This document shows positions 39,275-53,800 of a stretch of 64,000 nt of DNA, piece by piece (position 1 is the stretch's first letter; each line of letters opens with the position of its first letter). Source of the DNA: Eledone cirrhosa (taxonomy: Eukaryota); the NCBI GenBank assembly GCA_964016885.1, contig OZ024740.1:26102001-26166000 (forward strand), in the 5' to 3' direction. The translations under genes and the position numbers were made by a program. The notes beneath the pieces were generated by a model. That model was not told the DNA's origin. It worked only from the letters and a program-made list of their open reading frames with translations, and searched no databases.

Positions 39275-39440
39275 CGTAGAGGGTCGGACGCCATGCTTTG
39301 ATGCATAGAGTTATGGTACTTGCTATTCTGAGTTCAAATCCCGCCGAGGCTAAGTTTCCCTCTTACGGGGTCGATAAAATAAAGTACCAGTAATGCACTG
39401 GATTAATTGTTGGCCTTGTGCCAAAAGTAGAAAGAATTAT
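39275..39440 (+). mobile_element. SINE
   Basis: Same family as 24996-25220. Confidence 0.8.
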
Positions 39441-39540
39441 ATATACTCTAAATTGGTAAACAATCCTCACGTTTGTTAAATAAAAAGAATAGGTTTAAAT
39501 AGATTATTACTTCATTTATTCTTTTTTTCTTCTTCAACGC

Positions 39541-39777
39541 TTAATTATTCCTGAAAGGGTCATGGGGATAAAATCTCCAAACACTCCTTCCAGTGGGTCC
39601 TATCAGGATCAACCGCCTCCAACTGTTCCGGCTGGATCCCCAAGCGTGACCAGCGAAGCTCATGGATGTTATCCAACCATTTTGCTTGGTGTCTACTCCT
39701 GGGTCTCCTGTCAGTCGGCGTTGCCCATCAAATCTGTCCAGTGATTCATTCATGAGACATTCTAACCACATGTCCAT
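39541..39777 (-). mobile_element. RTE-type LINE 3' fragment
   Basis: Homologous to 27770-27955. Confidence 0.7.
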
Positions 39778-39912
39778 TTATTTAGTTATTTATTCATCTA
39801 TTAGGAATGTTCATTATGCAGGTGTGTGAAAGAGAGTTAATGATACGAAGAAGAAAATGTGACAAATAAAAGTGTGATGAAGCATATTGACACTTGGATC
39901 TTATACATTCCT

Positions 39913-40288
39913 GTGGATTGGCAGTATCGGTAGAGGGTCGGACGCTATGCTTTGACGCATAGAGTTACGGCCCTTGCCTTCTGAGTTCAAATCCTGCTGA
40001 GGTTAACTTTGCCTTTCATCCTTTCGGCATCGATAAAATAAAGTACCAGTAATGCACTGGAATAATTGCTGGCCTTGTACCAAGAGTAGAAACAATTATA
40101 TTAGAGGCAGTATGGGTAGAGGGTCAGATGCCATGATTTCCAGCATAGTTACGTCCCTTTACGTTCTGAGTTCAAATCCCGTTGAGGTTAACTTTACCTT
40201 TCATCCTTACGGGATCGATAAAATAAAAGTACCAGTAATGCACTGGAATAATTGCTGGCCTTGTGCCAAAAGTAGAAATAATTATATT
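39913..40288 (+). mobile_element. Two head-to-tail SINE copies
   Basis: 39913-40100 and ~40106-40288, each with GAGTTCAAATCC and an AGTAGAAA(C/T)AATTAT end. Confidence 0.85.
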
Positions 40289-40412
40289 AGAATATTTTAC
40301 TTTCTTTAAAATACAACATTGTAAATGTCTCTACAACGTTCAATTTTACGGTACGCAGAAATACGATTAAAATGACCACACCAAACTTCGTTTGAGAGCA
40401 CTATAATACACA

Positions 40413-40450
<38 letters not shown>

Positions 40451-41249
40451 TAGAGAATCGGGGCCCGATGTGCTCATACCCTCAGGAATTTTCTATTGAT
40501 CATAGAATATGATATACTAGTTTATGGTCCGACCAGTAAAACATAATCTTCTACTCTCATCCATCCACCTTCTGATGAAGATGCTGTATATATGTATAAT
40601 ATTATAAATACATGCTCATGAGAAATATAAATGTATATACGATTTTACTGTATATATGCCTGTGTATATGTGTGCGTATATGTGTAAATTAGAGATGGTG
40701 GGAGGGGAACCAGTCTGCTTATATCGCCCTTGTTTGTCTGTATGTTGTTCGTATATGTGGTGGGGGCGTAAGTGTTTTTGCATATTTGGATAATGACGTA
40801 TAAAAGCGTGATCATTATAGAAGTCAGATGCAATAATATTAAAAATGGAAAATTGATGATAGAAGTTAGTGGAGTGACAATGACAAACCGAGGCTCTTTA
40901 ACTTATAGTTATAGATTACACTACAGGAATGAGGCATTCTGGATTCCCTCCAAAACCACCACGGGGCTTTTGGCTGCATTGGCTTTTCAGTAATGCTGCT
41001 GTTGCACTGAGGTTGACGGTAGTGATGAAATACTGAAGGTTTTGTGTGTGTTTGTGTATACATGTTTTGTGTTTATATAAATGTATGTGTCTAGGTTTGT
41101 AATGGAATGAGGTGAGAGGTGGGGAGAAGTTATTTCGAAGATGATATGGTAATGAAAGAGGAAACGAGGTGGATTGAATAGTAATCCAACTGATGGCTGA
41201 TTTGTGACATACAATAATCTATTTGCTTCTCGTCTGATTTACTGGTCGC

Positions 41250-41315
<66 letters not shown>

Positions 41316-41370
41316 CTATCTCTCCTTCTCTCTCTCTCTCTCTCTCTCTGTCCATCTATCTATCTGTCTG

Positions 41371-41450
<80 letters not shown>

Positions 41451-41943
41451 CATGGGGCTTCTTTTTGACTCGTTTTCTTTCTTTTTTCCGGTAAAATTTA
41501 AAGAGAAGGAAATCTAAAAGAGAAGCAAAGAAGGAGAGAGATAGAGACAAAGAGAGAGAGAAAGAGAGACAGAGAGAAAGAGAGATGCTTAGTGTTAGAG
41601 AGGAGATACAGGGTGATGGAGAGAGTGTAGGTAATGAAGCAGAGAGTGTGTGTGGGGGGAGAGGCTAGAAATATAATTAGTTCAGTAACGTATGGATTGA
41701 TAACACTTTGATTGGAGAATGTCCATTAGAAATAGAGACGGAACAACTTTGTTAGTCTGATGAACGATTACATGGTTATTAAAATGGCGCATTGACATAT
41801 AATCACAGATAGACATACACACACAGACACATGTGCACACACATACACACACATAGACATATATAGACACACGTGCACACATACACACACACATATATGG
41901 AAATACACACTCGCACATACACCCACGCACATATACACATACG

Positions 41944-42016
<73 letters not shown>

Positions 42017-42048
42017 TATATATATAGAATATAAATAGAATATAAATA

Positions 42049-42143
<95 letters not shown>

Positions 42144-42255
42144 TCAAAAATATATACATTTTTAAATTTATTCATATACATATGCATACATATATATATG
42201 CATGAATGCATAATGATTATTAACGAAAAAATACATTATGACGTATAGAAGATTG

Positions 42256-42302
<47 letters not shown>

Positions 42303-42942
42303 GTGTGTGTGTATGTGTGTGTGTATGTGTGTGTGTTTAGATACATAAATGCATATACACTTGCATAGATAGAGTAATACGCAAAAGCATATATGCAAGT
42401 GACAATGAGACAGATTTAAAGTTGGCACTGATAAATGAAGAAATTTGCCAACTCACTGACATCTAACTAACTCATTTCAGCATGAATTAAACCATTTAAC
42501 CGGATCCAAACCTCCCAGATTATCAAAGTATCAGCATAGCTAGGAGAAGTGTGTACTTCTGTGTTAGTGAATAGGAATGTGACATGTTGAGGAACAAACT
42601 CATTTGTCATTGGCTTGAAAACTAAAGTGAAAGTAAAAATAAAGACATTATGGAATGTATTAAAATTGGTTGAGAGGAAAGTGGAAGAGAGAAAGAGAAA
42701 GGGATTTGTAGGGAAAGAAGAGTGAGAAAATGCGTAGGAAAAACAGTGAGAGAAAGAGGGAGTGGGTCGAGTCTGTCTTTGAGTGTCATTGTCTGTGCGT
42801 CTTTGAGTGTGTGTGTGTATGTATGTGTGGGAAAGTTTGCCAATTAAATGTGATATCTCTTAACTCGTCTGATATGAAGGAAGAATGAAGAGAGATGATA
42901 TGAATACGGAAACATAAAAATACAGAACCATATACACAAGGA

Positions 42943-43108
<166 letters not shown>

Positions 43109-43524
43109 GTGTGTAAGTGTGTAAGTGCGTATTTGGGTATTACTAGTAACGTGTAATTATGTTTATCCTTATATGATTTTATGTGATACTTTCAAATAAT
43201 CAAATATCCTTTCAGAGCAAGAGGTCCTTCAGACATCTAGGATTTCATTGGTACAAATGTTAGCCGTATTTCTGACATCAGTGGCTAAATATCATGAATT
43301 TTACTGAATGGTTGAAGCGAATAATTACTTGGAAACAATTAGACATTTTTGTTGGATGACAAGCACGCACATAACTGCTAACTCCCATACATACACAAAA
43401 CCAGAGAAAATGTGATTGTATCTTTGGAATATTATAGGGATTGTGTGAAAGTTTGTGCCTGTGTCTATGTCTGACTCTCTTTCTGTTTCTATTAATATAT
43501 ATATATTAATAGACACACACACAC

Positions 43525-43583
<59 letters not shown>

Positions 43584-43587
<4 letters not shown>

Positions 43588-44612
43588 GCTGCCAACTCGT
43601 TTTCGAGTACGGCCACTACTTTATATCCATGTAGGAGAACCTCTACCTATGCGCTAAACAAGTGTGACTTTTTAGTCCAACCAGAGACTTGAAAACTCTG
43701 GTACAAACACTACACCTGTGACAATTATTGACACATAGTGCTGGGCCCATGGCACCATGTGACGACAAATGCAGGGAGATCTTCAGATATAAATCAATGC
43801 ATGTGCCGTGAAGCTTTTATAGTGAGCAAAGGCACTGCACAAATCCAGTCCCACTCTCTTAACCAAGATGATATTTACCAAAACGAAGAACAAGTCAACA
43901 TCATTGGATACCATCAGGGTTGCAGGTGTTATATCAGAGTTTTCCTTCTGCTAGAATTCTGCCTTGACAAAGGCTAAGAGGTCATCTCTCCCGGTGATTC
44001 TGGATGGCTATTGACTCTTAAGAGCTCCTTTGCCCTTTGACAGGTTTTGTTTTTAGTCCTGCAGGATGTCCAAAGTCACCCTCCTCACCAAGAAACTTTG
44101 GTGGGGCTGCCAGTTTAGTCGCCAACGACCCGACCATGAGACAGGTTGTACTGGGATACATGTTACCAGTAGCACCAACTGGTGACCTGACATATACATA
44201 CATACATACATACATACATACATACATACATACATACATACATACATACATACATACATACATGGTGGCTGCCAACTCGTTTTCGAGTACGGCCACTACT
44301 TTATATCCATGTAGGAGAACCCCTACCGATGCGCTGAACGAATGTGACTTTTTAGTCCAGTCAGCGACTTGAAAACTCTGGTACAAAGACTACACTTGTG
44401 ACCATTATTGACACATAGTGCAGGGCCCATGGTACCATGTGATGACAAGTGCAGAGAGATCTCCAGATATAAAGCAATGCCTGTGCTGTGAAGCTTTTAT
44501 AGTGAGCAAAGGCACTGCACAAAGCCAGTCCCACTCTCTTAACCAAGATGATATTTACCAAAAAGAAGAACAAGTCAACATCATTGGATACCATCAGGGT
44601 TGCAGGTGTTAT
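43584..44612 (-). mobile_element. Non-autonomous RTE-related element: longer copy at 43584-44190 and 5'-truncated copy at 44264-44612
   Basis: ~350-bp direct repeats with (TATG)n/(TA)n tails. The minus strand carries GGCAGAATTCTAGCAGAAGGAAAACTCTGA, which resembles RTE 5'-UTR motifs (from recall). Confidence 0.65.
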
Positions 44613-44619
44613 ACATACA

Positions 44620-44652
<33 letters not shown>

Positions 44653-44677
44653 GTTTATATATATATATATATATTCT

Positions 44678-45625
44678 AGGGTGGGCAAAATTCCCGAGAT
44701 CCATGGACGAGTTCTCTCCAGCGGTCTCTGAACGTCATTATCGCTGCCATGTCCTGCGTCTCCAACAGACCAGTGTCTGTCCTTAGGGCATCAAAATACA
44801 TTAACCTTGGTCTTCCTCTTCCAGTGTGTCCATGTAGGGGCTGCCACGGGAGCACTGAGTGCAGTGTCACATCTGGATATCGGGAGCATGTCCAGCTAAC
44901 CTCAGTCTCCTCTGTGTCACGTTTGGGCTGACTTTTGGGAGGCTCCCATAGAGCTCTGAGTTTTTCATCCTCAGTGTATACTGATTAATGTTCAGAGCCA
45001 TGCTCAGCAATCACTCGTAGCACTCATCCACCATCTGAGGGAGTTTCTTGGTCAGTTTCCAAGTCTCCGACACGTACAGCAGCACAGACTCCCCTACAGC
45101 AATGAAGCGGCGGATTTTCAGTTATTTACGAAGATCCAACTTCTAGACCGATCTCAAGCTGTGGCACGCCGCCCAGGCTTTGCTCTTCCTCTCAACCACA
45201 TCATCTTCCGTATTTCCAATCTTTGCTCCCAAATACAGGAAGTCCTCAACCAATTCTAGCGGCTTCCCGCCTACATTAGTGATCCCCTCTGGCTTCTCAA
45301 CATTCTCTACCAGATATTTTGTTTTAGTCTCATTCCTTCTCAGCCCCACTATCATCGACACAATCTCAACCTCCTGCATCAAATCCTCTGCCTCCTTCAC
45401 TGTATTTGTCACCAAAACTATGTTGTCGGCAAATTCAGTATCCGATTTCTTTTTCGCCTTAACTCTCCTGCTCCGAGCCTGTGCTACAGTAAAGCCAGAG
45501 TTCTAGTGTTTCTCCAGTGCAAGGCGCATATAGTTTACTACGATGATAAAAAGGTATCTCCCTGTAGCACTCCAGCCAGTATATCAAAGAACTCTGTCAT
45601 CCCATCAGGTGTAATGAAGAGCTTA
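44678..45625 (-). mobile_element. Decayed RTE/RTE-X LINE 3' part
   Basis: EFADNIVL, GLRRNETKTKY, VEDFLYLGA, RKSKAWAAC..L, ESVLLY.SETW, GRGRPRL.Y.D.L..DTG. Confidence 0.85.
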
Positions 45626-45712
45626 TGCCCATAACGTCGTCCCCCACCCTCCACTATCAAGCGTGAACCTAATACTAACACTGTACTGCAATCTTCGTTA
45701 TTGTTTTTTTTT

Positions 45713-45779
<67 letters not shown>

Positions 45780-45782
<3 letters not shown>

Positions 45783-45981
45783 AACGAGTAGGACCCCGAC
45801 GTCTGAGCTCAAGCCGTTTCGACGGCTAATTCTGGACTATTAGTCCAGAATTAGCAATCGAAACGGCTTGAGCTCAGACGTCGGGGTCCTACTCGTTCCT
45901 ATTACCCACACTACTACCCTAAGTATTGAGTACTTTGGTGCGTTATGGTCCACCTAGTTCCTTTCCACATTTCCTTCGTTA
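45780..45981 (+). mobile_element. Family B terminus with 121-bp palindrome
   Basis: 45780-45900 is an inverted repeat centred on GGACTA-T-TAGTCC. The tail contains TTGAGTAC. Confidence 0.8.
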
Positions 45982-46382
45982 TATATATATATATATATAT
46001 ACAATATGTTGAAAAGGTAACACGCCAGAGAGAGATACACAATGCGCTATCAATAAAACAGGGAAAAAACCACCAGTGCATGGAATCTATAACCTATGAA
46101 AAGCAGACTATAGGCACGATAATTAAAAATATAAATTAAAGCGTAAATAAATACCTCTATAACTATATAACACACGTACAAATCCAAAGAGATCTTTCGC
46201 CAGTAATTTGTTGACAGAAATGGAATAACCTCGTTTCATCAGCGTGTGCAAGTCTATTCATTTCAGACATATATATATATTTCGTTGACAAATATATCAA
46301 TATGCCTATACATGGTCATTTAACCTTGTTCTGTTGACGCAGCTCGATGGAGCATGCAACTACTGATATACTCATGTTTATA

Positions 46383-46429
46383 AGCTCTGAAGATACCTGC
46401 CATGGTGTATGGATAAAACACTGTTAGCT
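46383..46429 (+). ncRNA. Degenerate type I hammerhead
   Basis: AGCT-CTGAAGA-...-AAAA-C(ACT)G-TT-AGCT. The catalytic G12 is replaced by A. Confidence 0.5.
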
Positions 46430-46474
46430 AATAAAACTATGTATTTCTAAGCACTCTTTGGTTATTCCTATAAC

Positions 46475-46524
<50 letters not shown>

Positions 46525-46597
46525 TTTTGAGTATATATAGCAGTACATCTTTAATAAACGAAGCCAAATTTTAAATATTTGACTTAATTACTTTATT

Positions 46598-46649
<52 letters not shown>

Positions 46650-46748
46650 GTGTGTGTGTGTGTAAAAGGTAAACAGAAATAACAACACAATCGGTACAGT
46701 ATATGGAAGGGATATAGTAGGTTAACGCTTGAAATACCAGGAAGAGGG

Positions 46749-46784
46749 TCTTAACGTTTCTGACTCTAATCCTTCATCAGAAGA
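46749..46784 (-). ncRNA. Family D minimal hammerhead (insert ~46662-46860)
   Basis: TCTT-CTGATGA-AGGATTAGAGTCA-GAAACGTT-AAGA. The flanks are homologous to 33736-33915. Confidence 0.7.
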
Positions 46785-47336
46785 AAGAATGAGAAATAAG
46801 ATAGATTGATTGGACGGGCGGGATGGAATTGGAAAAATGTCTTTAGATAAAAATAACAGGTCCATTCATGTTGACATCTCTTGTGTGTGTGTGTGTGTGT
46901 GTGTATAAACATTTTATATAACTTAGTGTTGAAACATGTAGATTTGAAGGTTATTTTAAAGATTGTCGATAAAATAAAGTAGCAGTATTGCAGTGGGAGA
47001 ATTGTTGGCCTTGTGCCAAAAGTGGAAACAATTATTAAACAACCTAATAGATAAGAAGAACTTCACCAATACTTCTCTGCTAAACAGTCTCGGCGTCGCA
47101 AGAACTAATCAGTCAGCAGAATTGAAAGAATAATCTATAATAATTTTATACTTCTAACCTGACCACAGCTACTAAATATATACATCATGTATACACACAC
47201 ACACAAACACCCACTCACACACTCTCACACGCGCGCACACACATGCACTCACACACTCTCACACGCGCACACACACATGCACTCACACACTCACACACTC
47301 ACACACACACACATATTATACATATATATATATATT

Positions 47337-47377
<41 letters not shown>

Positions 47378-47380
47378 TTA

Positions 47381-47522
47381 TAGGAACGAGTAGGACCCCG
47401 ACGGCTGAGCTCAAGCCGTTTCGACGGCTAATTCTGGACTAAATTTAATCCACTCTACTACCCTAAGTATTGAGTACTTTGGGGCGTTATGGTCCACCTG
47501 GATCCTTACCACATTTCCTTCG

Positions 47523-47524
<2 letters not shown>
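47381..47524 (+). mobile_element. Family B terminus (inverted arm joined to tail)
   Basis: Homologous to 45780-45981 with the direct arm deleted. Confidence 0.75.
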
Positions 47525-47572
<48 letters not shown>

Positions 47573-47655
47573 ATATATATATACATATATATGTAAACAT
47601 ATATATATATACGTACATATACAGTATATGTATAATATATATATAACAGATATAT

Positions 47656-47703
<48 letters not shown>

Positions 47704-47835
47704 GTACGTTAATCGAAATATGGATACATATATATCCACATCTATTTTCGATATACGGGAAGAAGGGCAGGAGACTTGGAGAGAATAAGCAATTGCCTGT
47801 ACACGTGATTGTAGGTGTGGTGGTGTATGATTGTA

Positions 47836-50800
47836 TGGTGTGTGGGTGAGAGAGACACTGCGAGGCTGTGTAGGTTAGTGTGTGCGTGGGGGGGGGGGGG
47901 ACAGTGACACTGCGAGGCTGTGTAGGCTAGGGTGTGATTGTGTGGGGGATGGGGGAGAGACACTGTGCGGCTGTGTAGGTTAGTGTGTGTGGGTGAGAGA
48001 GACACTGTGAGGCTGTGTAGGTTAGTGTGTGTGGGTGAGAGAGACACTGTGAGGCTGTGTAGGTTAGTGTGTGTGGGTGAGAGAGACTGTGAGGCTGTGT
48101 AGGTTAGTGTGTGTGGGTGAGAGAGACTGTGAGGCTGTGTAGGTTAGTGTGTGTGGGTGTGAGAGACTGTGAGACTGTGTAGGTTAGTGTGTGTGGGTGA
48201 GAGAGACACTGTGAGGCTGTGTAGGTTAGTGTGTGTGGGTGAGAGAGACACTGTGAGGCTGTGTAGGTTAGTGTGTGTGGGTGAGAGAGACACTGTGAGG
48301 CTGTGTAGGTTAGTGTGTGTGGGTGAGAGAGACACTGTGAGACTGTGTAGGTTAGTGTGTGTGGGTGAGAGAGACACTGTGAGGCTGTGTAGGTTAGTGT
48401 GTGTGGGTGAGAGAGACACTGTGAGGCTGTGTAGGTTAGTGTGTGTGGGTGAGAGAGACACTGTGAGCCTGTGTACGTTAGTGTGTGTGGGTGAGAGGGG
48501 CACTGTGAGACTGTCTAGGTTAGTGTGTGTGGGTGAGAGAGACACTGTGAGGCTGTGTAGGTTAGTGTGTGTGGGTGAGAGAGACACTGTGAGGCTGTGT
48601 AGGTTAGTGTGTGTGGGTGAGAGAGACACTGTGAGACTGTGTAGGTTAGTGTGTGTGGGTGAGAGAGACACTGTGAGGCTGTGTAGGTTAGTGTGTGTGG
48701 GTGAGAGAGACACTGTGAGGCTGTGTAGGTTAGTCTGTGTGGGTGAGAGGGGCACTGTGAGACTGTGTAGGTTAGTGTGTGTGGGTGAGAGAGACACTGT
48801 GAGCCTGTGTACGTTAGTGTGTGTGGGTGAGAGAGACACTGTGAGACTGTGTAGGTTAGTGTGTGTGGGTGAGAGAGACACTGTGAGCCTGTGTACGTTA
48901 GTGTGTGTGGGTGAGAGGGGCACTGTGAGACTGTCTAGGTTAGTGTGTGTGGGTGAGAGAGACACTGTGAGGCTGTGTAGGTTAGTGTGTGTGGGTGAGA
49001 GAGACACTGTGAGGCTGTGTAGGTTAGTGTGTGTGGGTGAAAGAGACACTGTGAGGCTGTGTAGGTTAGTGTGTGTGGGTGAGAGGGGCACTGTGAGACT
49101 GTGTAGGTTAGAGTGTGTGGGTGAGAGAGACGCTGTGAGACTGTGTAGGTTAGTGTGTGTGGGTGAGAGAGACACTGTGAGACTGTGTAGGTTAGTGTGT
49201 GTGGGTGAGAGAGACACTGTGAGCCTGTATACGTTAGTGTGTGTGGGTGAGAGGGGCACTGTGAGACTGTGTAGGTCAGTGTGTGTGGGTGAGAGAGACA
49301 CTGTGAGGCTGTGTAGGTTAGTGTGTGTGGGTGAGAGAGACTGTGAGACTGTGTAGGTTAGTGTGTGTGGGTGAAAGAGACGCTGAGGCTGTGTACGTTA
49401 GTGTGTGGGGGTGAGAGAGACACTGTGAGGCTGTGTAGGTTAGTGTGTGTGGGTGAGAGAGACACTGTGAGGCTGTGTAGGTTAGTGTGTGTGGGTGAGA
49501 GAGACACTGTGAGGCTGTGTACGTTAGTGTGTGTGTGGGTGAGAGAGACAATGTGAGGCTGTGTAGGTTAGTGTGTGTGGGTGAGAGAGACACTGTGAGG
49601 CTGTGTAGGTTAGTGTATGTGGGTGAGAGAGACACTGTGAGGCCGTGTACGTTAGTGTGTGTGTGGGTGAGAGAGACACTGTGAGGCTGTGTAGGTTAGT
49701 GTGTGTGGGTGAGAGAGACACTGTGAGGCCGTGTACGTTAGTGTGTGTGTGGGTGAGAGAGACACTGTGAGGCTGTGTAGGTTAGTGTGTGTGGGTGAGA
49801 GAGACACCGTGAGGCTGTTTAGGTTAGTGTGTGTGGGTGAGAGAGACACTGTGAGGCTGTGTAGGTTAGTGTGTGTGGGTGAGAGAGACACTGTGAGGAT
49901 GTGTAGGTTAGTGTGTGTGGGTGAGAGAGACACTGTGAGGCTGTGTACGTTAGTGTGTGTGTGGGTGAGAGAGACACTGTGAGGCTGTGTAGGTTAGTGT
50001 GTGTGGGTGAGAGAGACACTGTGAGGCTGTGTAGGTTAGTGTGTGTGGGTGAGAGAGACACTGTGAGACTGTGTAGGTTAGTGTGTGTGGGTGAGAGAGA
50101 CACTGTGAGGCTGTGTAGGTTAGTGTGTGTGGGTGAGAGAGACACTGTGAGGCTGTGTAGGTTAGTGTGTGTGGGTGAGAGAGACACTGTGAGGCTGTGT
50201 AGGTTAGTGTGTGTGGGTGAGAGAGACACTGTGAGGCTGTGTAGGTTAGTGTGTGTGGGTGAGAGAGACTGTGAGACTGTGTAGGTTAGTGTGTGTGGGT
50301 GAAAGAGACGGTGAGGCTGTGTACGTTAGTGTGTGGGGGTGAGAGAGACACTGTGAGGCTGTGTAGGTTAGTGTGTGTGGGTGAGAGAGACACTGTGAGG
50401 CTGTGTAGGTTAGTGTGTGTGGGTGAGAGAGACACTGTGAGGCTGTGTACGTTAGTGTGTGTGTGGGTGAGAGAGACACTGTGAGGCTGTGTAGGTTAGT
50501 GTGTGTGGGTGAGAGGGACACTGTGAGGCTGTGTAGGTTAGTGTGTGTGGGTGAGAGAGACACTGTGAGGCCGTGTACGTTAGTGTGTGTGTGGGTGAGA
50601 GAGACACTGTGAGGCTGTGTAGGTTAGTGTGTGTGGGTGAGAGAGACACTGTGAGGCCGTGTACGTTAGTGTGTGTGTGGGTGAGAGAGACACTGTGAGG
50701 CTGTGTAGGTTAGTGTGTGTGGGTGAGAGAGACAGAGTGAGGCTGTGTAGGTTAGTGTGTGTGGGTGAGAGAGACACTGTGAGGCTGTGTAGGTTACTGT

Positions 50801-53800
50801 GTGTGGGTGAGAGAGACACTGTGAGGCTGTGTAGGTTAGTGTGTGTGGGTGAGAGAGACACTGTGAGGCTGTGTACGTTAGTGTGTGTGTGGGTGAGAGA
50901 GACACTGTGAGGCTGTGTAGGTTAGTGTGTGTGGGTGAGAGAGACACTGTGAGGCTGTGTAGGTTAGTGTGTGTGGGTGAGAGAGACACTGTGAGACTGT
51001 GTAGGTTAGTGTGTGTGGGTGAGAGAGACACTGTGAGGCTGTGTAGGTTAGTGTGTGTGGGTGAGAGAGACACTGTGAGGCTGTGTAGGTTAGTGTGTGT
51101 GGGTGAGAGAGACACTGTGAGGCTGTGTAGGTTAGTGTGTGTGGGTGAGAGAGACACTGTGAGGCTGTGTAGGTTAGTCTGTGTGGGTGAGAGGGGCACT
51201 GTGAGACTGTGTAGGTTAGTGTGTGTGGGTGAGAGAGACACTGTGAGCCTGTGTACGTTAGTGTGTGTGGGTGAGAGAGACACTGTGAGACTGTGTAGGT
51301 TAGTGTGTGTGGGTGAGAGAGACACTGTGAGCCTGTGTACGTTAGTGTGTGTGGGTGAGAGGGGCACTGTGAGACTGTCTAGGTTAGTGTGTGTGGGTGA
51401 GAGAGACACTGTGAGGCTGTGTAGGTTAGTGTGTGTGGGTGAGAGAGACACTGTGAGGCTGTGTAGGTTAGTGTGTGTGGGTGAGAGAGACACTGTGAGG
51501 CTGTGTAGGTTAGTGTGTGTGGGTGAGAGGGGCACTGTGAGACTGTGTAGGTTAGTGTGTGTGGGTGAGAGAGACACTGTGAGACTGTGTAGGTTAGTGT
51601 GTGTGGGTGAGAGAGACACTGTGAGACTGTGTAGGTTAGTGTGTGTGGGTGAGAGAGACACTGTGAGCCTGTATACGTTAGTGTGTGTGGGTGAGAGGGG
51701 CACTGTGAGACTGTGTAGGTCAGTGTGTGTGGGTGAGAGAGACACTGTGAGGCTGTGTAGGTTAGTGTGTGTGGGTGAGAGAGACTGTGAGACTGTGTAG
51801 GTTAGTGTGTGTGGGTGAAAGAGACGGTGAGGCTGTGTACGTTAGTGTGTGGGGGTGAGAGAGACACTGTGAGGCTGTGTAGGTTAGTGTGTGTGGGTGA
51901 GAGAGACACTGTGAGGCTGTGTAGGTTAGTGTGTGTGGGTGAGAGAGACACTGTGAGGCTGTGTACGTTAGTGTGTGTGTGGGTGAGAGAGACACTGTGA
52001 GGCTGTGTAGGTTAGTGTGTGTGGGTGAGAGAGACACTGTGAGGCTGTGTAGGTTAGTGTGTGTGGGTGAGAGAGACACTGTGAGACTGTGTAGGTTAGT
52101 GTGTGTGGGTGAGAGAGACACTGTGAGGCTGTGTAGGTTAGTGTGTGTGGGTGAGAGAGACACTGTGAGGCTGTGTAGGTTAGTGTGTGTGGGTGAGAGA
52201 GACACTGTGAGGCTGTGTAGGTTAGTGTGTGTGGGTGAGAGAGACACTGTGAGGCTGTGTAGGTTAGTGTGTGTGGGTGAGAGAGACTGTGAGACTGTGT
52301 AGGTTAGTGTGTGTGGGTGAAAGAGACGGTGAGGCTGTGTAGGTTAGTGTGTGTGGGGGTGAGAGAGACACTGTGAGGCTGTGTAGGTTAGTGTGTGTGG
52401 GTGAGAGAGACACTGTGAGGCTGTGTAGGTTAGTGTGTGTGGGTGAGAGAGACACTGTGAGGCTGTGTACGTTAGTGTGTGTGTGGGTGAGAGAGACACT
52501 GTGAGGCTGTGTAGGTTAGTGTGTGTGGGTGAGAGAGACACTGTGAGGCTGTGTAGGTTAGTGTGTGTGGGTGAGAGAGACACTGTGAGGCCGTGTACGT
52601 TAGTGTGTGTGTGGGTGAGAGAGACACTGTGAGGCTGTGTAGGTTAGTGTGTGTGGGTGAGAGAGACACTGTGAGGCCGTGTACGTTAGTGTGTGTGTGG
52701 GTGAGAGAGACACTGTGAGGCTGTGTAGGTTAGTGTGTGTGGGTGAGAGAGACACTGTGAGGCTGTGTAGGTTAGTGTGTGTGGGTGAGAGAGACACTGT
52801 GAGGCTGTGTACGTTAGTGTGTGTGTGGGTGAGAGAGACACTGTGAGGCTGTGTAGGTTAGTGTGTGTGGGTGAGAGAGACACTGTGAGGCTGTGTACGT
52901 TAGTGTGTGGGGGTGAGAGAGACACTGTGAGGCTGTGTAGGTTAGTGTGTGTGGGTGAGAGAGACACTGTGAGGCTGTGTAGGTTAGTGTGTGTGGGTGA
53001 GAGAGACACTGTGAGGCCGTGTACGTTAGTGTGTGTGTGGGTGAGAGAGACACTGTGAGGCTGTGTAGGTTAGTGTGTGTGGGTGAGAGAGACACTGTGA
53101 CGCCGTGTACGTTAGTGTGTGTGTGGGTGAGAGAGACACTGTGAGGCTGTGTAGGTTAGTGTGTGTGGGTGAGAGAGACACCGTGAGGCTGTGTAGGTTA
53201 GTGTGTGTGGGTGAGAGAGACACTGTGAGGCTGTGTAGGTTAGTGTGTGTGGGTGAGAGAGACACTGTGAGGCTGTGTAGGTTAGTGTGTGTGGGTGAGA
53301 GAGACACTGTGAGGCTGTGTAGGTTAGTGTGTGTGTGGGTGAGAGAGACACTGTGAGGCTGTGTAGGTTAGTGTGTGTGGGTGAGAGAGACACTGTGAGG
53401 CTGTGTAGGTTAGTGTGTGTGGGTGAGAGAGACACTGTGAGCCTGTGTACGTTAGTGTGTGTGTGGGTGAGAGAGACATTGTGAGGCTGTGTAGGTTAGT
53501 GTGTGTGGGTGAGAGAGACACTGTGAGGCTGTGTAGGTTAGTGTGTACCGGTGAGAGAGAATCTGTGAGGCCGTGTACGTTAGTGTGTGTGTGGGTGAGA
53601 GAGACACTGTGAGGCTGTGTAGGTTAGTGTGTGTGGGTGAGAGAGACACTGTGAGGCCGTGTACGTTAGTGTGTGTGTGGGTGAGAGAGACACTGTGAGA
53701 CTGTGTAGGTTAGTGTGTGTGGGTGAGAGAGACACCGTGAGGCTGTGTAGGTTAGTGTGTGTGGGTGAGAGAGACACTGTGAGGCTGTGTAGGTTAGTGT

